A DNA stretch of 64,000 nt from Adineta vaga (taxonomy: Eukaryota; Animalia; Rotifera). Below, one piece after another: positions 10,638 through 21,902 of this stretch (the first letter of the stretch is position 1; each line of letters starts with the position of its first letter). Location of the stretch: positions 7,378,001 through 7,442,000 of the forward strand of contig CP075492.1 in the NCBI GenBank assembly GCA_021613535.1, read 5' to 3'. The notes below the pieces were generated by a model that saw nothing but the letters and a program-made list of their open reading frames with translations, made no database searches and was not told the origin of the DNA. Position numbers and translations under genes: made by a program.

Positions 10638-13286
10638 CTAGAGGCCGCATCTGCGTCCATTTGGAAGGACCATTTCCCCTTCGCAATTTCGAAGTGTACC
10701 CAAAATTCGATCAACTTCATGGCCTTGAAAATCGTAGAATGTTGCTTCATATGTTACAGAATTCGGTCGAGCTGTATTCACTATCATCATCGTAGCTGAG
10801 TGCAACTTCCCAACGAACACTTCCTCTATTGTTTTCTAGATGTTCTCGAATCCTAAGTTCAGTTTGATACCAATCAACAAGTAGATGTGATTGACGATAG
10901 TTTCGATTTAAACTACGATGTTGTGGAAACATATTGTAAAGTTCCGGTGGTCCACTAAACATACTGGCAACAATATGGTCACGTTCATCTTCTACTAATC
11001 CGTTCATGTTTTGTCGCATATAATCTGTACTAGTATTACCTGAATCGGGAAAATTAACTCGATGATTGCGTCGATAATGTAATGGAGTTATTGTTGCTAC
11101 AACAAATTCAACACGTTCTGTTTGAACCCGTCCAGTAAACCTACCGTGAGTTACGGTACGAACAATGGTTTGTTGAATTGGGTTGTTTGGATCATTTGGA
11201 TTAATTACTCGCGTTCCGCTTGGACTTCGAATTAAACGTTGATAAATTTCACGTAATATATCAGATACAATAGGTATATATGCGGTAGCTATATATAAAA
11301 GAGCCGTTGACGAAACACCACATGTTTTAGAAGATGAAGGTCCTGCTCGTTTGTTACGTACATTCCCTTTTTTCTCAGTGGTTGAAACAGATAATGTTTG
11401 AAAATCGTTTCGACTATCAGCATTGCCATTGATTTGAAATGTAAATGTTTTATCATCGATCTGATGATAGATAGCATTTATTGTTGCAAAATTTATGTAC
11501 CAGGTTTTGATAAAGTATGGTGGCTATTATCATGTTCACGATTTAGTCCTTGATCGATACTCCAGATCATAACACCTAAAAGATACATTTAAAATCAGCA
11601 ATTGTACAGAATGATTCACTTATGTAAGTCCTGTTCGATTGTCTTCTTAATTATTGAATGATAATTTGAAGCTAGCAATATCGATTCAACAAGATCGTTC
11701 TCAACTAACATAGGATAGCGAGTAGATTAATAAATAATGAAGATTTACCTCTTAAACAATGCTCTTTTGCATATTGACGTCTCATGGATAGTGTTTCTTC
11801 ATCATCATATGCCACCCATTGATTGTTTCCCCATGTCAATATTTTTGACATTGATGATGAATCTAGTTTTACCGTTTTCTGATGATTTTTAGCAATAATT
11901 TCTTCGATTTCAAACCATGCTAATGTTCCAGAAGAATTTGTACATGAGCCTGGGTCGCCTGGTCCCGAAAATTTGCACCCGAGATTTTTACATGATGGAC
12001 TTTCCAATGTGAAAGATCGACCATAATAACCAAGACCAAAAACAAGTTGATCGCTTTTAACACCATCTAGAACAAATAATCATTTTATTTAGAGATCAAG
12101 AACGAAGAAAATAATATTTTTAATTCTAATTAACGTTACATACCGCGTAAAAATAATTCAAATGCTTGTTCTATTTCTTCCATATTTGTATGTGATTTAA
12201 CATATGGTCCTAAAGATTTAATATCTCGATCCCAAACACCATGTATATCATAAGTCATAACATTGATAAAATCCAAATACTTTGACATTTCACCAATTTT
12301 AAAATGTCTTAGATACCAATAACTTGCTGGTGCTGCAATTGTTATCAAATACTTTTTACCTAATGCATTTCTCAATTCTTTGATTAATGTGACATAATTA
12401 TCGGTGTCTATTGGCGAACCACCGCGATCTTCCGCAGCTGGATACTCATAATCAATATCGATACCATCGAAATGATGTTTCTCCAAATATTTTCGAACTG
12501 ATCTAATAAACCGATTTCTTGCATCTGAAAAAAACCTGTTTGAAAAAGATTGATTACCAATGTATATCATAAATTTACTTTGTGTAGAAATGATATTATG
12601 AAATTCTTGTCGTGTTGGACCAGGATCGTTAAATGTCCAACCGCCAACTGATACTAATACTTTCAAAGAAGGATTGATTTGTTTTAGACCAGTAAACTGT
12701 TTGATTTCCGATAATTCATTGGATGTATTCGGATCAATCATAACTCCATTTGATATATTTCCAAACGCATAATTTAAATGTGTATAACTACGTGGATCAA
12801 TATTTTTCATACTATACGGGTGACATTTTCTATATGCTGCCCATGATGCATAATAACCTATTTCTAAAGTAAATAAAAAATAGAAGAGACTCGATTATTT
12901 TAGGTGAAATTTATTTGAATCACCTAATAATTTTCCATTATTTCCATTAGAACATTTCGGTAATTTCTTATTACCACAGTTGTTTTGACATTTTTTTGCT
13001 GTCGAACAAAAATCTTCAGTTGTACCACAAAAACCAAATTCACTACAACATACATTTAGTGGACATTTTTCTACTTTGCCATATTTTCCACATTCCGATT
13101 TTGCTTGACAATTTGACAAACAATTCCCACCACAAAAATCAGGTCCATACCCACAATTACCCCATTTACTGCAGCATGCACCATTGATAATGGAGATGTT
13201 TCCGAACATGTATTTGAACATACCATTTGAACATGATATAGCAAGATTAATAGATTTAATATTCGGTTTTGTTTTAATAGTGCCAT
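10638..13286 (-). CDS. Secreted CBM18x2-GH18 chitinase fused via a furin site to a C-terminal His-Me-finger nuclease (killer-toxin-like); 4 introns, 3 apparent frameshifts
   Basis: Signal peptide MALLKQNRILNLLILLYHVQMVCS. Hevein motifs CCSKWGNCG and CPLNVCCSEFGFCG. GH18 motifs IGYYASW, SVGGW, FDGIDIDYEYP, NVMTYDIHG, GVMIWSIDQ. Introns 12864-12923, 12525-12578, 12067-12143, 11576-11748. RNKR at 11347-11358. Nuclease motif DERDHIVASMFSGP...NMFPQHRSLN...WYQTE...RP. Frameshifts near 13187, 11525 and 10782. Confidence 0.8.
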
Positions 13287-13717
13287 GTAAATATTAATTG
13301 CCTTGTACGAACAATAACACAAATATGAAGAGAAATATTACACTTTATTGAATTAGTTTCTACGTTTTCAATGCTTTTGCTGTGTAATTGTGTAATATAG
13401 TTAGATGAGACTGTTTTACTTGCTATGGTTAAATCTAAGTATTGAATACAATAATTTTTAAATGAAATAGACTATATTTATATATATATATGCAATTGCA
13501 GGAAAAAAAACATAAATTAATATCCTTCGTTGCTTTATTATAGGAAATATATCTGTCAACGTATGACATTAGAAAATCCATACTTTTTCTTTAAATTATA
13601 GAAATCGACTTGTCAGCAATCGTTATATAGTGGGAAAAATGGGCAAACTATATTTATCTTTTGTAAATATGATAGCCAGTTTGCTATTTTACTGCAGACA
13701 CTATTTAATAATCAAAG

Positions 13718-14268
13718 ATGCAGTATGGTAAGTTGAATTTTAGCGCATAACAGTTGAATGTAGAAACAAGTATATCAGTTCTTAGGTTATGCGCTTTCAC
13801 AGATGAGATTATCGTTAGATATTAAATTTAACACTCTGTTCATGTAATGTATTTCATCTTCTTTTTTTATCTTCGATTCTAGCACTATTACAAACTATCA
13901 TCATTGTTCTCCTATTGATAAATATCACTAATGGTGTTTGTGTGAATAATGACAGTTGTCGCTCAGTTCATGTTGAATTATATAACCGTGGAAACTGTAA
14001 GTCATGCTTTTCGAAAAAAGTTGGAAAAAATTCTAAACAGTGCTGTGATGCTGGAAATAAAGATTGCTGGAGAGATTCAAAAGAAGACTCACTATTTTGG
14101 GTTGATTGTGATACGGATAAGAGAAAAAAGAAGGGTATTGGACAAACAATTGTTGCTTGTACTAATTGTGAAATTAACTTCTATGATAGTGGCTTAATTG
14201 TTGTCGCTGAAGATAGCGGATCAAAACGGACACTTACTACGCTTGTAAAAACATGTCATAATATTTAA
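13718..14268 (+). CDS. Small secreted Cys-rich protein, divergently transcribed from the chitinase-nuclease gene
   Basis: Exon 1 ATGCAGTATG|gtaagt (13718-13727) spliced to the acceptor before 13883 gives signal peptide MQYALLQTIIIVLLLINITNG, then VCVNNDSC...CFSKKV...QCCDAGNKDC with 11 Cys. AATAAA follows the stop. Confidence 0.8.
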
Positions 14269-14696
14269 TGGACATTGCACAACATCGATATGAACAGTTG
14301 ACTTTTGTAGTTAGCTTACTGTATTTCAAAATAAAAGTTTATGATATAAATAAAATTATAAAATAAAACCATTTTTTCACAACTCCTTTCGTTTTCTTGT
14401 GTATATTTTCTCAGTTTAAGCTTTTCTGTCACAATGCGTTTATGTGAACTCCATTGAAATACATTTCAAGAGGAAAAAGCAAGATTTCTGTACTTCCACA
14501 CTTCTATGATGCTACCATCGTAACGTGAATTACGAAAGTCTCGCTCTCCCTCTTGTCAGAGATTCTATGAGATCTGATCATTGCAAAACCTATAGATATT
14601 TTATTGCTATTGATTAAGAATAAAAAATAATTACAATAAATGCAGATGTAGATAATATATTACAATTCGAAAAATGAGATAAGTATCTTGATTTGA

Positions 14697-15751
14697 TTAA
14701 AGAGATCCATTATAAATAGGTCGATAAACATCGTATAAAAATTTGCGAAGTCCATTATGAAAAAACAATGGTGTATCAGCATAAGAATCATGTCCAGCAT
14801 CAATCATAAATAAAACTTCACTTTTGGGAATTTTAATAAGTAATTCATAGGCAGGTTGAAATAATGAATCTTTTTCGGCATGAACAACTAATGTTGGAAT
14901 CTGTCAACAAACAAAATTTTTATCTAAAATCTCAATATTTTGCTGATTTTTCTACTTACATTTACTTGTCGATAATCATCATTTGGAAATCTTTCTGTTC
15001 CTGTCGGTGCAATTGGTACAAAAGCTCGCACTAATTCTTGTGTTTTTTGCAATTGAAAGATATATGGTAGTACTAGATCACCACTCTTACAAGGACTTAT
15101 AATAACTAAATTTGAAAGACGTAATGATTTAATTAGTTTTTTCATCCATTCAATTGCTTCTTGATCATCATCGATAGATAAAGATACGTTTTTTCGTTTT
15201 GGAAGATCAATAGCAATTGCTCGATAACCCCATTTACCTAAATATTGTAGTGTACCTAAAAAACTCAGCACATATATAGATATATACCATCACAAGAGGT
15301 CATTTGCTATCTGATCTTTACCAAGTGTATGCCATATTTTCGATGAGAACTTCTGTCCATGTAATAAAAGTATATGATAATCTCCTTGACCAGCTTCTCG
15401 AACAGAAATTTTCGTTCTCCTAGTCTAAGATACAAACAAATTCTTTGTAGGAAGATTTTTTCCGACCAAATAATACTTTATTTTCCTTTAAACGAATTGT
15501 ATATGTTCTAATGCGTATATCACTAACATCTAAATCGCTACTATTCGGTTGTAAAACTGCTGGTATTTTACTTGATTCATAATCAGCTTTGATTTTGATT
15601 GATTCAGATGGTATTGAATTCTCATCTCGTTTAATTTCAGTTTCATCATCTTGTAAGTCATTGTATGAAATATAATTTAAAAGAACAATACCCATACCAA
15701 AAACATTATACCAATGACAGCTATTATTATTACAGATGATCGACTTAACAT
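14697..15751 (-). CDS. ABHD14: Alpha/beta hydrolase, ABHD14A/B-like, with N-terminal membrane anchor; homopolymer frameshift near 15700
   Basis: ILLLHGQKFSSKIW, GYRAIAIDLP, VIISPCKSG, FVPIAP, IPTLVVHAEKD, AGHDSY. The N-terminus MLSRSSVIIIAVIGIMF joins GMGIVLL only if one base is added to the A5 run at 15699-15703. Confidence 0.85.
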
Positions 15752-16000
15752 TTTTCTTTTTTCTTTCGATTATTTCATTTTTACCTTGAATAAAATGAAA
15801 GACAAAGTTCTTCAACATCAATCATGATTTAGAGGTAATAAATAAAAAAACGATGATTTTTGTCGTATGTTAGTAGAATAGAGAGAATAGAAAAAAAAGT
15901 CATTTACTACATCAACGATTGTTGCCATGTCATCCTTTTTTCTCGTCGTCTGTGTCGGTACTCTGCACACATAGAAGACAGAAACGTCGTCTCAAACAAT

Positions 16001-16660
16001 ATGAATAAAAGAAAATTGAACATCGATAAATCGACTCCATCTCTTTCTATTGAAACTCTTCAAGATATTATACAGAATTGTCAACGAAATGAACAACGTT
16101 TGAAAGAACTTGAACGTCATACACGTCATGAGCGGAAAAGAGTGGAACGTCTTCTACAGGAGAAATCAAATCAAGTACAAGAAGATCAAGAACAACAACA
16201 ACAACCTGTAAAGTTTTTTATAACTCTTGATAATGATAAAAGAACTATAAAGAAGAAAAGTTCACAATCTCGTCGACAACAAAAACAGAATCGCGTACGA
16301 TTTGATGTTCAAACCGATCGTTTATCTTCCGTACAGCAACCAAATTTGCCAAGTAATAATATTGAAGAATTCGATGATTTAGCCCGTCGATGTGAAGATC
16401 TTCTTTTACGTTTACGTATTCATACGAAACAATCGAAAGCTCTTCAATCTCATGAACCATTCAATCCATCTTTTCATTCAATCGATAAAAGTATAAAACA
16501 AACACTAGACGATAACAATACATCACAAGAAAGTCTTCTAAGTGAAATTCAGCGAAGAAATTATTTAAGAACAGAAATTTTACGTTCACGTCTACGTCAG
16601 CATCTTCTATTACCTGGTCGACCGAACGATAATCAAGTCTCGCAAATAATAGACACATAA
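16001..16660 (+). CDS. Uncharacterised coiled-coil/Q-rich protein (single exon)
   Basis: Open frame from ATG 16001 (MNKRKLN) with coding-like composition and heptad segments. AATAAA follows the stop. Confidence 0.6.
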   Translation: MNKRKLNIDKSTPSLSIETLQDIIQNCQRNEQRLKELERHTRHERKRVERLLQEKSNQVQEDQEQQQQPVKFFITLDNDKRTIKKKSSQSRRQQKQNRVRFDVQTDRLSSVQQPNLPSNNIEEFDDLARRCEDLLLRLRIHTKQSKALQSHEPFNPSFHSIDKSIKQTLDDNNTSQESLLSEIQRRNYLRTEILRSRLRQHLLLPGRPNDNQVSQIIDT

Positions 16661-17109
16661 TCTTTGCTTTCTTTTCTGTATATTGAATTAATTCTTTCTG
16701 ATATTCATATCTGTCGGCAATAAATTTTAATAAAAACTAATTGACAACCTCAATCATAATTTTCTAATCTTATCTACATACGAAATATAGAAGTGATAAT
16801 ATCATTTAGAATAGAACAGTACTGCCTTTAGAAAGAAGGACAATAATAGAATGGTAGTAGGCATGAGGATAGAATATATTATTTCTTCTTTTTCAGGAAG
16901 AAAATTGCTACTATACTATTCTTTTGACACATTTAGATGCATTTTATTGAGCGGTTAAGTAAAGCAACATAAAAGTGTAGACATGTTAGAAACTAATTTG
17001 CAAAAATCATATCGAATCAATGTAGAATTTTCTCTTGTTTTTCTTCTTCTCCGTTCATTTCCATAAAGTAACTTTAAAAATTAATTTTTCATTTCTTTTC
17101 TTCGTCCTC

Positions 17110-18336
17110 ATGGAGACTAATATGGAAATTCTTCGACGACGGTTATTAGATAGCACAACCAAACAATCAGATTTAATCGAAATCTTTGCTGCAATTGATC
17201 GAGGTTTGTTAAACTTTAAATTCAAGAGCAAAAAAAACTGCTTCTTTATTTTCTAACTTAAGATTGCTCTGGTCGTATTACATATGAAGAATTTCGTGCT
17301 GCAATGAAATTATTAAAATTAAATTTTAATAATGATGAAGAAATCAAACAACTTTTCCGACAATTCGATACAACAAATAATGGACAAATTGATCTAACAG
17401 AATTTCTTCTACAAATCAAACCACCAATGAATGAACGACGTGAAAGATCAGCTTTAAATTTATTTCATTCGATGGATGTTAATAAAGATGGAAAATTAAC
17501 TATAGAAGATATTAAAGTAGTTGATAGTAATTTGAGAACTAATTGAAAGATTTATCTTAATGTTTAGCTTAAATATGCATCACAATTGAAGTCGGTTAAG
17601 AATAGATCAAGTCAAAATATTGATCATGTATGTAATGTGTTGTTGATTTCCAGGGAGTATTTGGGCAATAATGTTTAGAATGAACTGACAAGAGAATTGA
17701 ATGAATTGCTTCGATTATGTGATTGGTCTCATTTAGAAACAGTTGAAATTCTAATTATGAATTAGTTTTTTTTGCTAAAAAAATCATCAGTCTAACATGA
17801 GTGGAATATATTCTATCTTGAAGACAGTCACAAGAGTGAGTTTATAGATCATCATCGTCTTCATAAAAAAATGGAGTCATTCGATATTCGAGTCAAGATT
17901 AAGCTACTCAGGAAAAAAAGCAATTAAAATCTTTCTATTCTATGACGAAATATTCAGCACTTCTTTCCTTCTTAATTTCTATAAAAGGTAATCAACAGCT
18001 CGCAACCAAACTTTTGTTAATTAGCATATATAAAGAAAACAAGGTATATTCTTGCACATAATTAGAAAGCATTCGTTAGTAAATTTGATTAGTTTATCAA
18101 CATACGTTTTGAATGAAAGATTCGAAAGAGATATAATCTGGAAGAAGAAGAAGAAAACTTTTTTTGTATTTTAGGCACTAGAGATATTTCTTAATAAATT
18201 CGATACACGTGGTCAAGAAGATGGTATCGTCGATCGGGAAGAATTTCTCGGTTTTTGTGCAATGCTAAGTGCTACAATCAAAGAAGATATTTATTTTGAA
18301 CATACACTACGAACATTATTCGATTTTCGTCTGTGA
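17110..18336 (+). CDS. CAPSL: Calcyphosin-like EF-hand protein (4 exons)
   Basis: EF loops DRDCSGRITYEE, DTTNNGQIDLTE, DVNKDGKLTIED and DGIVDREE. Calcyphosin signatures IKPPMNERR and FLNKFD...SATIKEDIYF. Confidence 0.8.
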
Positions 18337-18489
18337 GAAAACAAACAAAATGTGAAATAAATCTTTCTAGCAATTCTATATATTTATTCAAAACAAAAAC
18401 AAAATATATCTTTCAAGTTTGTAAGTAGGTAGTACAGATCAGTCTAGGATACAAAGAAATCGCTGGGATAGATGTTTTATTAATATATT

Positions 18490-20413
18490 CTAATCTTCAT
18501 CTTGAATACGTATCACTTTGTTTGCACGAATTTTTTTCAAAGCTTGTGTACGTATTTTAAATGCTGCTTTATTTGCAGTATGCTACATAAGAAAGAAAGT
18601 TAGAATTAAAGAGGAACCAAAACAAAAAGATCATACTCGTTCGTGTCGGTTAACTTTTGATTGATGAATATCTTCAATTTCTGGTTCATCCAAATTAAAT
18701 ATCGAACGAAGAAATCCATTTTCCTGATTTTTATTACAGAAAAAAAACAGCTTAAAAGATTGACTATGGAATCAAATTTTACTAACTTTCAAATGAACAT
18801 TCATTCCTGTAGCTAATAAACTACTGAAGATATTATAATAAAATCGACTTGTCCATGATGTGATTTCTAATGTTTCACGACCAAATTTGATGTCGAAATC
18901 AGGTGATGTTCCTTCCTTGATAACGAGAAAAGAAAAGAAAAGAAGAGAGATGAAATTTTCATTGAGAAAATAATCATACTTCAAATGAATTGTAAATTTC
19001 TCGAAAAGTAGCACGTTGTAAACGTTTTTCTTTCTTTCCACGATATTTTGCACTTTCATTCGCTTTCTTTTCTAATGTTATCAGTAAAGATTCCGGTGGT
19101 TCAGCAAAGATCTAAAATTTTTCGACAATAAAAAAAACAATCTTTTCATTCAACCTACACTATTAATATCTCGTGCAATTTCATATAAAACAGCAATTGT
19201 TTCACCTGCTTGATTACGTAAATCACCATCATTAGATTCCAAAAGACCAGGAATCTTTTCTGGTGCATATCTAAAACAAACGTCAACTGATTATTATATT
19301 CAAGACTAAAGTTTGACAATTTTTAACTTACATTCGTATCAAATCATGTGCAAGATTATTGGGTAAAGATGATGCCAGAAGGCACCAAGAAGAAAGTGCT
19401 GCTGTATGTAATTCTTGTAAATCATGATTAATAATCGGTGATGTTCGGTCTTCAGACAGATATGAATGAGAAAAAATTGTTTCTAAGATTTTCATTAATT
19501 CAAAAGTCGACTAAAAGAAAGTAAAGATTTGTTAGGAAAAATTCTTTCATTCATACGAACTGAAATATCTTCACAGGAAATAAAACAAATAATGCCTATT
19601 GTTTGAGTGTACTAGAAATAGAAAAAAAAAACAAAGGTAAAAACAAGATTTATTGACTGAATTAAACATACACTTTTTCTAACAGATAAACATTTTGTTT
19701 CATCACGTAATGTTGGCATTAGAGCATCACGAAATTTTTGAAAAAATTCATCATCAGCTTCACCGAGTTGAATAAAAACTAAAGATGTTACAATTGCTGC
19801 CAATTTTCCTTCGGATTCATTGCCTTTTCTCAAACATGTGATTAATTGATCAATTAAATTTTCAATTCTAGAAATTAAAATTGATTCAAAGAAACGTAGA
19901 ATATTCAAAAGTATTTTTTCTTTTTTTATACCGATTGGAAACCAACTCAGCAACATATTTCTGAGATAGTAATGTTTGAAGTGTACGTAGAGAATTTTCA
20001 CGTGTTCTTAAACTAAAATTTAAAGCGAAAAAAGAAAGGATTGATATCAAATCGATTGAAGAGTTGAATGACTGTATACTCTTTATTTCGAAGATTTTCA
20101 ATGGATGTATCAAGTTTTTCATCGAGAGAATCGCTGGTAAGAATACTATCGTTTGTTAAAGGAAAACCAGCTAAAAATAGAATAAATAACTACAATAATT
20201 ATCATTTGATAGGATACCTTCACTGTCATCGTAGATACTTGTCAAATCTGAAATATTTGAACAAGTACTAACGCCATCATCAATCGAGGCAGAATCGTCA
20301 ATTCCTGATTTTGCCGTTTTATTTCGAGGAGGACGAGCTAGCAATAAATCAATTAATTTCTTTTCGAATATGAAAACAAATATAAAATTACTTTTCTTTG
20401 TATATTTTGGCAT
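18490..20413 (-). CDS. IFRD1: Interferon-related developmental regulator
   Basis: CLRKGNESEGKLAA, LHTAALSSWCLL, LRNQAGETIAVLYEIARD, KAKYRGKKEKRLQRATFR, KFGRETLEITSW, MNVHLK.ENGFLRSIF, NKAAFKIRTQ. Confidence 0.92.
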
Positions 20414-20559
20414 GATGATTAATGTCAACTATGATATAAACATATCTAGAAGAGAAAGAAGAAAACATCAGTCGAGTTTAATCGAAAAGAAAAAGATCAT
20501 AACAATAAAAAAAGGATTTTGTTTTTTTTTGTAATGTTATTTTATGTTAAATTGTTCTT

Positions 20560-20934
20560 TTAGAATAATTGATCATTTTTATCCATAGTTAAATGTGGAT
20601 CAATTTGAATTTCACCAAATTCTCGAGGATTATTTAAAATATCATCAAATGATATGTCTTCATTAGTACCACGTAAAACATCAAGCATCATACGGGAACT
20701 TGGTAAACCTGGTAAACGACCAATTTTATTGGCAATTTGTAATTCTGTTTGAAGTTTTAATGGTGCTTGAATACCTAAGACACTACGTGCCATATGATGA
20801 TGAAATTGATCACGACTAGCAATGTGTGTAGTTTCGGATTTTTCCAAAATATGACCTGTTGTTAATGTTGATTTTACGGATGTTAAACCTTGACATAATT
20901 TATTTGGTAAACCTGTGTAACTTGATGTATCCAT
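20560..20934 (-). CDS. POMP: Proteasome maturation protein (UMP1/POMP)
   Basis: GHILEKSE...ARSVLGIQAPLKLQTE...GRLPGLPSSRMMLDVLRGTNEDISFDDILN. A 5'-UTR intron ends immediately before the ATG. Confidence 0.92.
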   Translation of the reverse strand: MDTSSYTGLPNKLCQGLTSVKSTLTTGHILEKSETTHIASRDQFHHHMARSVLGIQAPLKLQTELQIANKIGRLPGLPSSRMMLDVLRGTNEDISFDDILNNPREFGEIQIDPHLTMDKNDQLF

Positions 20935-21383
20935 CTAAATCAGGCAAATAAATGAAGAACTAGTGTAAACAGTATGACTCACATTTATTTGATAAATATT
21001 ATTCAAGGACGATTAAAACTTTGTTTAAGAAGTATAAAGAATCTGAAATTACATTGTGATAATCAAAGTTTGATATACTCTGTTTGAACTACTAATCTGT
21101 AATCAATGAGGATCGCGATAGATGAATCAATGAAAGCGTATCAACAAGATCTAGTCAGAGACGATAGGTAAAGCGAGATAACCAATCATTACGTCAAAAA
21201 TAGAACTACTAGCGACATCTGAATTTTTTTTCTTATTATTATTGACGATGACTATTATATCTTAATTTTAGGTGCGTCTGTTTTGAATAAAAAGAAACAT
21301 AATTATTTATTTTGAATTTGAATGATGTGCAAATGATTTATATGAATAATTGTCAAGGTAATGACATAGTCATGGTTGAATAC

Positions 21384-21902
21384 TTAGAGTTTCTCTGTTA
21401 AAAGCTCTCTTTCAAATAGAAGATGGTCTCTGACTGTTGTTGTCGTTGTATTTTGAGGCATATTTTGCGTATTACATAGGTCTGATGTACAACAACAATA
21501 TGTAACTGTTGCATCATCAATAAATGCTGTCACACACTTATCTTTTCCCCATGAACACATTTCTGTGAGCATTACTGCTCGACCAAACGTATTTCCAATT
21601 CGAGTAGCCTATTTAACAATGAATTCTATTAATTCATAAAGATGATGGATGTAATTTTGATTTACCCAACATAATTCATCGGCTTTCGCTTCGACTATTT
21701 TAATACCACGTGCACTTGGATCAAATGAATTACCACATGCAGGTTCTTGTGTGGACATACATTGAAAACAACGATAGGTATGACTCAATGTGATAGACGA
21801 AACTACACATATGCATCAATCGATGAAAGAACTATCTGAGACAAGACAAATACAAAACTCACCAAGGAGTAGAATAATGAACAAGTTTCGAACTGATAGC
21901 AT
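21384..21902 (-). CDS. Ly6/three-finger (quiver/sleepless-like) extracellular protein; 3' end uncertain
   Basis: Signal peptide MLSVRNLFIILLLVSSITLS, then YRCFQCMSTQEPACG...LCW|ATR...MCSWGKDKC...YCCCTSDLCN (LU-domain CCxxDxCN), then a Thr-rich tail. GT-AG introns. Confidence 0.75.

Noticed and set aside
11289-11477. 62-aa ORF MLSIIRSMIKH as an independent gene
   Set aside because: Wrong frame. The overlapping start-less frame runs continuously into the nuclease domain.
11461-11500. Possible 40-nt intron (gtacat...catcag) rescuing the chitinase-nuclease junction
   Set aside because: Splicing it gives GAT CGA TGA (immediate stop), so it does not restore the frame.
10770-13190. Programmed ribosomal frameshifting as the explanation for the toxin-gene indels
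   Set aside because: No slippery heptamer or evident stimulatory structure at the three sites, and similar indels occur in unrelated genes.
15420-15821. 133-aa ORF start MMLKNFV as the ABHD14 N-terminus
   Set aside because: Its first part reads through an intron-like/A-rich tract. ATG 15751 gives a proper hydrophobic anchor after a one-base homopolymer correction.
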